DNA from: Eledone cirrhosa | Lineage: Eukaryota | Length of the DNA stretch: 64,000 bases | Direction of reading: 5' to 3' | NCBI GenBank assembly: GCA_964016885.1 | Contig: OZ024743.1 | Coordinates: 303,366,001-303,430,000, forward strand | Shown here: in pieces, positions 41,701-53,895 of the stretch | How positions within the stretch are numbered: position 1 is the stretch's first letter | How the letters are laid out: each line of letters begins with the position of its first letter | Notes under the pieces: generated by a model | What the model saw: only the letters and a program-made list of their open reading frames with translations | The model's database searches: none | Told to the model about the DNA's origin: nothing | Made by a program: the position numbers and the translations under genes

Positions 41701-42925
41701 TTGGTGACTTTGGCATTTGTGGTTGTGGTGAAGGTGATGTTGGTGACGTTGGCATTTGTGGTTGTGGTGAAGTTGATGTTGGTGACGTTGGCATTTGTGG
41801 TTGTGGTGAAGGTGATGTTGGTGACGTTGGCATTTGTGGTTGTGGTGATGTTGGTGACGTTGGCATTTGGGGTTATGCTGAAGGGGATGTTGGTAACGTT
41901 GGTATTTGTGGTGAAGGTGAAGGTGATGTTGGTGACTTTGGCATTTGTGGTTGTGGTGAAGCTGATGTTGGTGACATTGGCATTTTTGGTTGTGGTGAAG
42001 TTGATGTTGGTGACGTTGGCATTTGTGGTTGTGGTGAAGGTGATGTTGGTGACGTTGGCATTTGTGGTTGTGGTGATGTTGGTGACGTTGGTATTTGTGG
42101 TTGTGGTGATGTTGGTGACGTTGGCATTTGTGGTTATGCTGAAGGTGATGTTGGTGACGTTGGTATTTGTGGTGAAGGTGAAGGTGATGTTGGTGACTTT
42201 GGCATTTGTGGTTGTGGTGAAGGTGATGTTGGTGACGTTGGCATTTGTGGTTGTGGTGAAGTTGATGTTGGTGACGTTGGCATTTGTGGTTGTGGTGAAG
42301 GTGATGTTGGTGACGTTGGCATTTGTGGTTGTGGTGATGTTGGTGACGTTGGCATTTGTGGTTGTGGTGATGTTGGTGACGTTGGCATTTGTGGTTATGC
42401 TGAAGGTGATGTTGGTGACGTTTTTATTTGTGGTGAAGGTGAAGGTGATGTTGGTGACTTAGGCATTTGTGGTTGTGGTGAAGGTGATGTTGGTGACGTT
42501 GGCATTTGTGGTTGTGGTGAAGGTGATGTTGGTGACGTAGGCATTTGTGGTTGTGGTGCAGGTGATGTTGGTGACGTTGGCAGTTATGGCTGTGGTTAAG
42601 GTGATGTTGGTGACGTTGACATTTGGCGGTTGTGGTGAAGGTGATGTTGGTGACGTTGGCATTTGTGGCTGTGGTTAAGGTGATGTTGGTGACGTTGGCA
42701 TTTGTGGTTGTGGTGAAGGTGATGTTGGTGACGTTGGCATTTGTGGCTGTGGTTAAGGTGATGTTGGCATACGTGGCTTGGTTATGGTGAAGTTGATGTT
42801 ATTGATGATGTTGTCGGGATGTTCCCGTTTGTGGCTGTGGTTATGGTGAAGGCGATGTTGCTGATGATGTTGTCGGGATGTTGCCATTTGTGTTTGTGGT
42901 TAAGATGAAGGTCATGTCGGTGATG
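31000..42925. repeat. ~12-kb minisatellite; core unit 39 bp (GTGGTTGTGGTGAAGGTGATGTTGGTGACGTTGGCATTT) with 33- and 45-bp variants
   Basis: Direct tandem repetition. Length variants differ by multiples of 6 bp; the edges are degenerate (42600-42925). Confidence 0.97.
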
Positions 42926-44501
42926 CTGGTGTCTCACTCGGGGTTTAGGTTTTTTTATACGGGTAGTGTGTGCGTGTACTTTTCCCTTTTTGATTTCTTT
43001 CCTGTTTTTAAATTGTTGCAACTCACAAATTCTGACTGCTTTCTCACACGATATGCCTATTTAATCGGAATTAGGATGTGGCATGGTTTGAGATACTGTG
43101 CTGTGATTGATGGATATGTTGCGGGAATTGTTGTTACTGATCTTGCACATTAGGATGTATTTCCTGAATATTATGTCGTTCATTTTTTGCTATTGATGTC
43201 CTTATGATTATTTTTTATAAATAGCAAATAACTAAAAATAAAACTTTTAGTGGAATATTTCAAATGATAATTAGTGTAAAAGAACACATTTCCAGAAGAA
43301 AAGAAAGGATTTTGCAAAGATTTGGATGTTGATGTTAATTGTATTTCAACAATGATATAACATAAATTTGAGCCTCGCATAGGCGAAGTGCTAATATGCC
43401 TTTGCCATGATATATCACCAGGGTAATCTACAATATTTGTCAGGCGCATGGTAGCATGAAGGATAATAGAAGGTGAATCAAACATTTCTACAGTTACAAA
43501 TAAAAGTGAAAATTATATAAACAAAATCTATGTCTATTAGATGAAAAATACTCCAAGGAGATTCCCGCTTTTTCTCTTCTTTAATACATTGTATTAATAT
43601 ATTCAATGAGCAAATTAATTCAGACTGGACGAGGTATTTAATACTATGGAAGGAAAATCAACCATATTTTGATTTATACGCTTCAGATGTTAAACTATTG
43701 GAAATATTGATACAGATTATGAATTGATTCAGTTGAAGAGATACATTTGGTTAAGAAAAATGCGCCAATGCAATCATGAAGAACTATAAACTAAAACAAA
43801 CCACTGACATGAGGTTAGATAAACAATTGATATGAGAGAATTAGATCTAACACAAATATAGGAATTAACGAACTAGGCGTAAAGCAACGCGCACAAATAA
43901 AAGAAAACTTTAACATGGGATATAATGTACACATTAGGTTAATACTTAATATTGAGCTAAATGAGAAATGATATGGTAATATAGCAAAACGACATACACA
44001 TCTCTATATAACATTAGAAATTAGAAATCAAATGTTCTGATAGAAGGATTTAGAAGATTATGAAGAAATTAAATGTTTCGAGGCCTAGCGGAGAAATTCA
44101 AATGATCTGCAGTTCCAGTAGACACCGGGTCAGTGATAAACATTGTTCTAAATCTGTGTACCTCTTGTATCGGATTTGCTTTTGATATTATGGGAAATGT
44201 GTAGCACTTTTGAAATAACACAATTACTAAACAATTAATTTCAATCATAGTTTCTCGACGTTTCCAATTTCATCATCTTAATATGTAGAGTGTTTGATAT
44301 ATTTACTGCTTCCTGTGCTGTAATAAAATATAGATCATGATATTATATGAAATTATCTTTTCCAGTATTGCCTGTATTGCAGAATTTCGAGAACTGACAT
44401 GTGAGCCTTAGCCATATTAGTCAATTTTCATGTTCTCGTGTCGTGACGTGTGTAGGTTGTATTTATGTTGATCTTCGCATTGCATTGTGACATTTATATG
44501 C

Positions 44502-45922
<1,421 letters not shown>

Positions 45923-45964
45923 TATATATGAACATATATATATATGTATATATATATAGAGAGA

Positions 45965-46314
45965 GAAGAAAAGATGAAATCGAAAATGCAACTGGAGTCT
46001 TATTTTTTTTTAAATATATATATTTATTTGGTTCCTTTACCGGTTACGCAGTTCTTCTGCTTTTCAAAAGTAGAGTTGAGATGGAGGTTCTGTGGTTTTT
46101 CTCCCATCAGATGTGAAACAAACTACAGACCCTCCATCTCAACTCTACTTTTGAAAAGCAGAAGAACTGCGAAACCGGTAAAGGAACCCTATAAATATAT
46201 ATATATATTTTTAAATAAGACTCCAGTTGCATTTTCGATTTCATCTATTTTCCTTTATACTTTCACTCGTGTAGGACACCTCGGATATTTTTCATTTTGT
46301 GAAAAAAACCTCCC

Positions 46315-46320
<6 letters not shown>
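45965..46320. mobile_element. Long hairpin made of an inverted terminal segment of a Penelope-like element
   Basis: 45972-46098 is the reverse complement of ~46122-46246. The same sequence recurs at 46440-46650. Confidence 0.65.
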
Positions 46321-46356
<36 letters not shown>

Positions 46357-46407
46357 TGAAACGTCGTGCCGCCTATGGACGCATCTTAGCTACCATAAGA
46401 CACATAT

Positions 46408-46439
<32 letters not shown>

Positions 46440-46445
<6 letters not shown>

Positions 46446-47320
46446 GTGAGTTTTTGTTTACAAATTGAAAAACAACCGAGATGTCCTACACGAGTGAAAG
46501 TATAAAGAAAAAGAGTTGAAATCGAAAATGCAACTGGAGTCTTGTTTTTAAAAAATATATATATATTTATTTGGTTCCTTTACCGGTTTCGCAGTTCTTC
46601 TGCTTTTCAAAAGGTGAGTTGAGATGGAGGGTCTGTGGTTTTTCTCACATCTGGTTGGTCTCTGAATGTTACTTGTTTTATATGGAAAAAGTGCCTCGAA
46701 ATGCCAGGTTTTTCGAGAAGTAATTTGATTGGTTTGTCAATAATTATAATAAATTTCGCGCCAGTTCGCGTTTCAATAGTTCTTCAAATAAGAGGGGGGC
46801 GTTGTCACAGGATGTTTTTTCATATATGAGTGTTTGAATTTCTTTTTACTTGAAAAAAGGAGGCTCACGAAGGCTTTCTTTTGGTTGGTTATAAATGAAG
46901 TTATGGCTGTCACGTGAACAAGTTTTCATTAGATTTTTGTGCCCTTATTTGGAAATCCATTCTGTAGCCTTTTTAGAGAATTTTTTGATAAGTGAAAGAT
47001 AATTGTTTCTACTTTTGGCACAAGGCCAGCAATTACCCAGTGCATTACTGGTACTTTATTTTATGGTCAAGAGAAAGGGATGAGAGAATTGTTCTGGTTC
47101 AGTGAATTTGGTTAGTTCGCTGGGGTGTCAGAATTCAGATTTTCTATTGAATAAAGAAAGTAAAGATATGTATGTTTACTTGTGTGCTTGTGTGTGTGTG
47201 CGTGTGTGTGTGTGTGTGTCGTGTGTGTGTGTGTTTGAATTTCTTTACTTTAAAAAAAGATGGCTCAGGAAGGCTTTTTTTTTTAAAAAAGCCTTCGTGA
47301 GCCACCTTGGAAAACAAAAA
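46440..47320 (-). mobile_element. Degenerate Penelope-like fragment with a nested SINE 3' fragment (47000-47064)
   Basis: Shares AAATTTCGCGCCA and terminal motifs with 55480-55900; the SINE tail is in reverse orientation. Confidence 0.5.
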
Positions 47321-47321
47321 A

Positions 47322-49242
47322 AATCGGTGATGCATCGGAACTCAATTTATTGTGTATTACAATTGTTTCCCCGGCGAACAGCTCGAGGAGCGATTTGTGT
47401 GTGGTTCGACCTGACTCTGGATTCGCAGGTTCCTCAGACACGTCTATTGATTTCGGAGCAGATCCTCTTTCTGTGGCTCTGACCCTACGGCTCTATATTG
47501 TCCACCTTTATCATGTTTAGGCGTCTTTGTGTTGATCAATGATTAGTGACCTCATCATAATTCTGACCACTGGAATCAGCCCACTGACCATCGAGGCGTG
47601 AGCTGTCACCCACCCAGCGTCCCATCGGCAAAATTACTGCTGTGTTTGCTTGTTCACACTTCCACACACACGCACACACACATTCACAGAGACACGTACT
47701 GATACATAAAGAGTGGCTCGCGTGCTTCCGAGTGCTTCCCGCCGTCGAAGAGATACCACAGGATATTCAATCGCCACACAGGGAAGTTCTCCTTCTCCAC
47801 CGCACCTAACATAGCAGACTACCTGGCCAAAACCAACGCGGTGAAGTTGGGGAAATTCGACCGCCAGCAGTAGCAGGCGGCTGACGGTCCTGTGGAGCCA
47901 GGGTGGCCGCTTGCAGACAGGATTTCCAACTATAGTCCATCCCCGCGGATTACGCTGCATACGAGTGCCACACGGAACTGAATGACGGAGGGAAACCCAC
48001 CGCACCAACAGAGAATAGGAGGAATGCCATAGTAGACCCAGAGCCCAGCGTAAGAGATGAGCAACATAATGACCGAACATGCTACTGCAGGGCGGGCACA
48101 CAATGCCCTCTGCAGGGAAGATGTATAACGAAGGGCCTAGTATATAAATGTGTGGTTAATACGCACAACACCAAGCGCACCTTCACCGGCGCAACATTCA
48201 CGGCATTTAAATCGAGGATGTATAATCACACAAACTATTTTAAGGACCAGAGCAAAAGACACTTCACTAGGCTGGCGGACCTAATATAGGACTTGAAAGA
48301 CAACGGCATCTTGTATGGTCTCAACTTGAGTATCGTTCAACATGCAAATGCATATTCGGCTGGAGAGAGGAAGTGTAGGATATGCTTATCCGAGTCCATG
48401 TTTATAGTGAGACTAAAGGATGATGCGGTCAACCTGAAATCGGAGTGTCATGGCGTGCGGACACCAGAGAAGGTGCACACTGTCCACATGGAAGCGGACA
48501 TCTGTCCGAGCGGCGGCGCGGGTCGGTGGGGACTGACATCATACCTTGTTGACTATGTATGCCCTGTGGGTAAGTCGACACAATCTATGCTACCTATCGG
48601 ACTCTGCACGTCATCTTAAGCAACAGCATCGCAGGAGCCGGGACATGTTGGCTCAACTTCCATGGATATTCAGTCCCATACCATACATCAATAAGGCACT
48701 CTATCTAACCCACAGTGATATACTCCATTATAGCCTGTTCATGCACTACTTGCATGTGTATCTTTTCAGTAGTATGTGCATTGTCTCCACACATACCGTT
48801 ATGTAACACTTCATGTATTTTTCCATGTACAATCCAATGTGTATCGTTATAGACTTTTCTTTATATTTCTTTATATTTCTGATACATGTTTTATATATTC
48901 TACATGCATTTTCTATATACCGTCTGGGCATACCCTTTACATTACTAACCTGAGGTCCCCATATGTAGTTTTGCTTGAGGTTTCTATTCGTGGAGTAATC
49001 CACGCTCGCAACATAATACCAACTCTGTCAGCATATGCATCAAGGTGTATTTTCTGTTGCACAGCCCAAGGTGTATCTTTATATACTTTTCGTATATAAT
49101 TATTACATATTTGTTATGCGTGTGTATATATATATATATATTTATACATGTAAGAGTATACGTATGAATGTGTGTGTATATATATGTGTGAATGTGTCTG
49201 AGTGTTTGTGTCTAGACACGTGTAGAGGGACAAGTATGTAGG

Positions 49243-49289
<47 letters not shown>

Positions 49290-49925
49290 GTGTATGTATA
49301 TATGTGTGTGTATATGGGTGTGTGTGTGTATATATAGTTACGCGTATGTATATCTACGCGTGTGTATGGGTGCGTAAGTGTATGTATATATAGGTGTGTG
49401 TGAGTGTTTGTGTATGTGTGCCTCTCTGTGTGTTGTGTATGTGCATATTTGTGTGACTATTTATATGTGTAAGTGTATATGAATATGCGTATGTTTCTGT
49501 GGGTACGTGTGTGAACGTAAGCACCCGAGCCACTCTGAATGTATCTGTCCGTGTATCAGTGCATGTGTGTGGATAGGTGGGGGTGGAGTGTGAATAGGCA
49601 AACACAGCAGTAATTTTGCCGATGGTACACTGGGTGAGTGACAGCTCACGCATCGATGGTCAGTGGGCTTTTCCAAGGAGTCAGAATTATGATGACGTCA
49701 CTATCCAGTGACCAACCCAAGGAAGAGAAAACAGCATGAAATTGAGCGAATATAGACACGTAGGGTGAGAGTTACAGAAAGAGGATCTGCTCCGAAATCA
49801 ATAGACGTGTCTGAGGAACCTGCGAATCCAGAGTCAGGTCGAACCACACACAGATCGCTCCTCGAGCTGTTCGCCAGGGAAACAAATGTAATACGCAATA
49901 AAATGAGTTCCGATGCATCACGGAT
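47322..49925 (+). mobile_element. 5'-truncated Penelope-like element: GIY-YIG remnant flanked by inverted pseudo-LTRs
   Basis: 48100-48445 translates to CPLQGRCITKGLVYKC...FKSRMYNH...RLADLI...KCRICLSESMFI...NLKSE. 47322-47720 is an inverted copy of ~49470-49925. Confidence 0.8.
49806..49895 (+). ncRNA. Type I hammerhead ribozyme-like motif with expanded helix II
   Basis: CGTGT-CTGAGGA-a-CCTG.CGAA...TTCG.CAGG-GAAAC-aaat-GTA-ATACG. Helix I CGTGT/ATACG pairs. The inverted copy near 47350-47440 has the palindromic CAATTG helix III. Confidence 0.55.
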
Positions 49926-49964
49926 TTTTTTTCCATTCTATATATATGTATATATATATATATA

Positions 49965-50185
49965 TAACGAAGGAATTGTGGTAAGGCACCAGATGGACCA
50001 TAACGCAACAACGTACTCAATACTTAGGATAGTAGAGTGAGTAACAGGAACAAGATTACCCCGACGGCAGAGCTTTTGCCGTTTCGAAGGGCTATATCTG
50101 GGCTAAACATGTTTATTCTTTTTTTTTGTAGCCTAGATATAGCCGTCGAAACGGCTTGAACTCTGCCGTCAGGATCATAATTATT

Positions 50186-50237
<52 letters not shown>

Positions 50238-50770
50238 GTCCTTGCCTCCTCCGTCCCACCTTGTTCTTTTACTTATTTCGTTATTTCTTTATTTCTTTCA
50301 TTACTTCTTTCTTGCTTTCTTTATTTTTTTATTCTAGCCTAACAATAGCTAGAGACCTAGGTCGTAGAACTTGCTTTACTTTCTTTACACTTATTCGCTT
50401 TTCTTCACTCTCATTATCTTTTCTTTCAAATATATTTTTACCCCCCATTGTTCTACCTACCGTTCCGACTTCCTCCCCCTCCCCCTCCCCACTACCTTCT
50501 TTGACCTCATGCCCAGCTGTAGCTGGCACTACCAACGCTTCATTGGGTCTACTCCACCCCCCCCCTCTTTCTCCTACTGGCAGGTTTAGCCACCATCTCC
50601 CCTACTAATTTGCAATCACAGAATTACTACTGATTTTTGACAATCACTTTGACCATATATGGAATTACCCCTTGAGAAGATCGGCTATTTAAATACCAGG
50701 ATACATTTTCATTTAGTCCAGAATTAGCCGTCGAAACGGCTTGAGCTCAGCTGTCGGCGTCTTACTGGTT

Positions 50771-50775
<5 letters not shown>
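49965..50775 (+). mobile_element. Non-autonomous element with inverted and direct terminal segments in (TA)n
   Basis: TAGCCGTCGAAACGGCTTGA at ~50140 and ~50725, with an inverted copy at ~50060-50105. Confidence 0.5.
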
Positions 50776-50840
<65 letters not shown>

Positions 50841-50842
<2 letters not shown>

Positions 50843-51624
50843 TACGTTATTCCGGGTTGAGTAGGAGGTAACCACAGTAAGTAAGGTACTCAATACATTG
50901 CGAAGTATAAAAGTTTTAATATAGATGAGATTCTACAGGAGTAGAAATGTTTCATTCTTTAGAAATCACCAGAAATCTGGGTGTCAAAAAATAAGTATGG
51001 TATTTATAGGTCTCTTCAGGTGGTAGGAGACAAGGGAATTCACTAAAAGCTAATTCTTCAAAGCTATAGTTTATATTTAGAGTAACAAAGGCAGAAAGAA
51101 TTCTATAAACAAGTTCAGGATGGGGTGCCACTCCTTATCTTTAAGTTTCTCTTAAGCTAACAATGCCTAGATTTCAGGTGTTTATAAGATCATTGGCGGT
51201 CACTCATGGTTGATAAGGAGATTATTTAAAACTAATTTGTTAAGGTTCTACTAAGTGACAAAGGCCTATAGAATTCTATAGGCCAGTTAAAAATATTGAA
51301 TGTATATCATACCATTATCTTCAATTTTCACTTAAACTATTAAACTATATTCCAAAAGTCAACGGCCACATTCACAAACACACTCACTCACACACTCGCG
51401 CGCACCCACATACACCCACACATACATATATACATATATATATACATACATATATACACAAATACACATACATATACATATACATATACATATATATATA
51501 TCTATATATATATATGCATATATACATATATATACATATATACACACATACATACACACATACATACATATACATACAGACATGTATATATATATATATA
51601 TATACACATACAATAGCTTTAAAG

Positions 51625-51681
<57 letters not shown>

Positions 51682-51905
51682 CATATATATATATATATAC
51701 ACATAATATAGTTTTGTAGAATTAGCTTTTAATGATTTCCCTTTTCTATCAAACAGTGACCTACACCCATCCCACTCCCCACCCTCTCCTTCCACCTGAA
51801 GAGACCTATAAATACCATACTTATTTTTTGATATCCAGATTCCTGATGATTTCTAAAGAATGAAACAGTTCTAGTCCTGTAGAATCTCATCTCTATTAAA
51901 ACTAT
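50841..51905. mobile_element. Non-autonomous Penelope-type element with ~120-bp inverted repeats carrying a hammerhead
   Basis: ~50915-51028 is the reverse complement of ~51787-51903. Confidence 0.6.
51837..51887 (+). ncRNA. Type I hammerhead ribozyme motif
   Basis: AGATTC-CTGATGA-tTTCT.aa.AGAAt-GAA-ACAG.ttctagtc.CTGT-A-GAATCT: helix I of 6 bp, intact core, helix III of 4 bp, GUA cleavage triplet. Confidence 0.75.
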
Positions 51906-52455
51906 ATATATGTATAAATATATAAACAAACTTGTACGTATATATAAATATATGTGTGCATGTTGGTATGTATGTTAATACTACTCTACGTCTATATACC
52001 TATATGTATGTACGTATGCATACTTTTATTTAAGTATCAGCCGTACTAACAGTGAGAAATGAAATTACATTTTTTCCATTTATCGTCTTCTGTACGCCCG
52101 GAAGACTAACTCACTCGATATTCAAATTAGGCTGCTCAGCCTTTAATATGCATAAGGAAAGTGTATACTTTCAAATGTTCAATTGACTGACAGGAAAGTA
52201 TACGGTGCAGATGACAGCTAATAAGCTTGAAACTAGTTCATCGTTCATTTGTCAGTGTTGAACAAAATGGCAACGATGGCTGCCGAACACTGTACGTCTT
52301 AATTCGGGTTGTTTGTTTACAAACAAACCGAACATTATAATAAATGTTCGGTAAACCCATACGTACATATATATATATATATGTTTGCATGTATGTATGT
52401 ATATACATACTACTGTGCGTCTGTATACATATATGTATGTACGTATACATACTTA

Positions 52456-52520
<65 letters not shown>

Positions 52521-52522
<2 letters not shown>

Positions 52523-52720
52523 TAAAATAACAGATTAAAATTTAAGCAAAGATTCGCTGAGTTTCAGAAGATCCCGTAAAGGGTGAAAGCAGCGATTCTT
52601 TGCTTAAACTTTAATCTGTTATTTTAATAAATATTTGCTCTACTGTTCTTATATATTTGATATATATTTATCCTTATCGAGCCCTCTTTGGATTTTAGTC
52701 TTCAAATTTATTATTATTAC
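52521..52720 (+). mobile_element. Short hairpin-forming copy of the 44601-45860 family
   Basis: ATTAAAATAACAGATTAAA...TTTAATCTGTTATTTTAAT arms enclosing CAGAAGA-TCCC.GTAAA.GGGT-GAAAG. Confidence 0.6.
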
Positions 52721-52789
52721 TATATATATATATATATATAGCACATGTATATATATATGAAAAATATATATATAGGAAATATATAGAGA

Positions 52790-52940
52790 TTACAATAATC
52801 AAAGTTCAGTTTAAGTCATTTATTTGCTTACAATTGTTTCCTCCAAACCGAGGTTTGGGTTCTTCGGAGCAACTATTTACTGATCTATAACATACTTGAC
52901 CTCCTTTTCAACCCAAGAGACACATAAAACATATGCGCAT
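52790..52940 (-). mobile_element. Pseudo-LTR fragment of the 56863-62047 Penelope family, with a variant hammerhead at 52824-52872
   Basis: Minus strand reads TTGCT-CCGAAGA-ac.CCAAACC.tc.GGTTTGG.ag-GAAAC-aatt-GTA-AGCAA; matches 57545-57690. Confidence 0.7.
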
Positions 52941-53069
52941 ATTGAGATAGGAAATATATAAATATAGGAAAAATGTGTCAGCATTTTATTTTCCTTTTAC
53001 TAATATATCACAACTCGTGTGTTACACCTCTATTTTTTATATACATATATATGTATGTATATATGTATG

Positions 53070-53270
53070 TATACGAACATGCCAGACAACATGACGGTAA
53101 CGTAGACAACATAGAAATTAGAATAATACCTAAACATAGAAATGACCCAGCAGATAGGCAAATCAGAGAGGCCAGTGAGATAGAAATTAGAAGACCAAGA
53201 CTAAACAGAAAGAATGAATGGAATAACAACAACACCCAAACAAACAACACTGACCTAAGAGAAGTATAAA
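53070..53270 (+). pseudogene. Penelope GIY-YIG endonuclease C-terminal remnant
   Basis: EHARQH...RQIREASEIEIRRPRLNRKNEW matches the R.I.EA..I....P.LN pattern at the end of Penelope ORFs. Confidence 0.6.
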
Positions 53271-53842
53271 TAAGTAAATAAAATAAAATAAAATAAAATA
53301 AATAAATAAATAAATAAATACATACACAACCACAATAACAACAAACACATAAACACACATTAGTCACCCAATCACGAATACACATTACACAGCAAACAAA
53401 ACACTATACACACACGCAAACGCATGCGCAAATAGACCAAATAAAATAAACAAACAAGCAAATAAATAAATAAATATATAGACAGAATAAAAATGGCGTA
53501 GCCATACAATTCAACAGGAGGAAGCAATAGAACCACTGACGATGTTGCATATGTGCAACGAAAGATTTATGATAAACTATATATATATGTGTTTGTGTCT
53601 ATATTGTATCTGTATTATTTTTGACCGACGGTCAGTCAATGGCAACATTGAGGACCGAGTATATTATATTATATTAGATTACCGATATAAAAGACACAGA
53701 AGCGAAAAGCGAAAACCAACCAAACAGTGTTATTAATTCTGGCAATATTACACAAATATGACCCTCCCCAAGTATAACAATATTTGTTTCGACACACGAT
53801 TTCATGTAAAAAATCTCGCAAAACTAATTCATCGCCGTTATG

Positions 53843-53890
<48 letters not shown>

Positions 53891-53895
<5 letters not shown>

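Noticed and set aside
30931-42599. Long plus-strand ORFs (VVVKVMLVTLAF and GEGDVGDVGICGC repeats) and many minus-strand MPTSPTSPSPQPQ ORFs
   Set aside because: These are alternative frames of the minisatellite, repeatedly broken by stops, with starts arising from the repeat unit itself.
43180-43485. 101-aa minus-strand ORF upstream of the minisatellite
   Set aside because: No recognisable domain, and it is separated from the repeat frames by stops, so it is not called as a CDS.
50665-50750. Hammerhead-like motif CGGCTA...TAGCCG-TC-GAAAC
   Set aside because: No intact CUGANGA or cleavage triplet could be placed.
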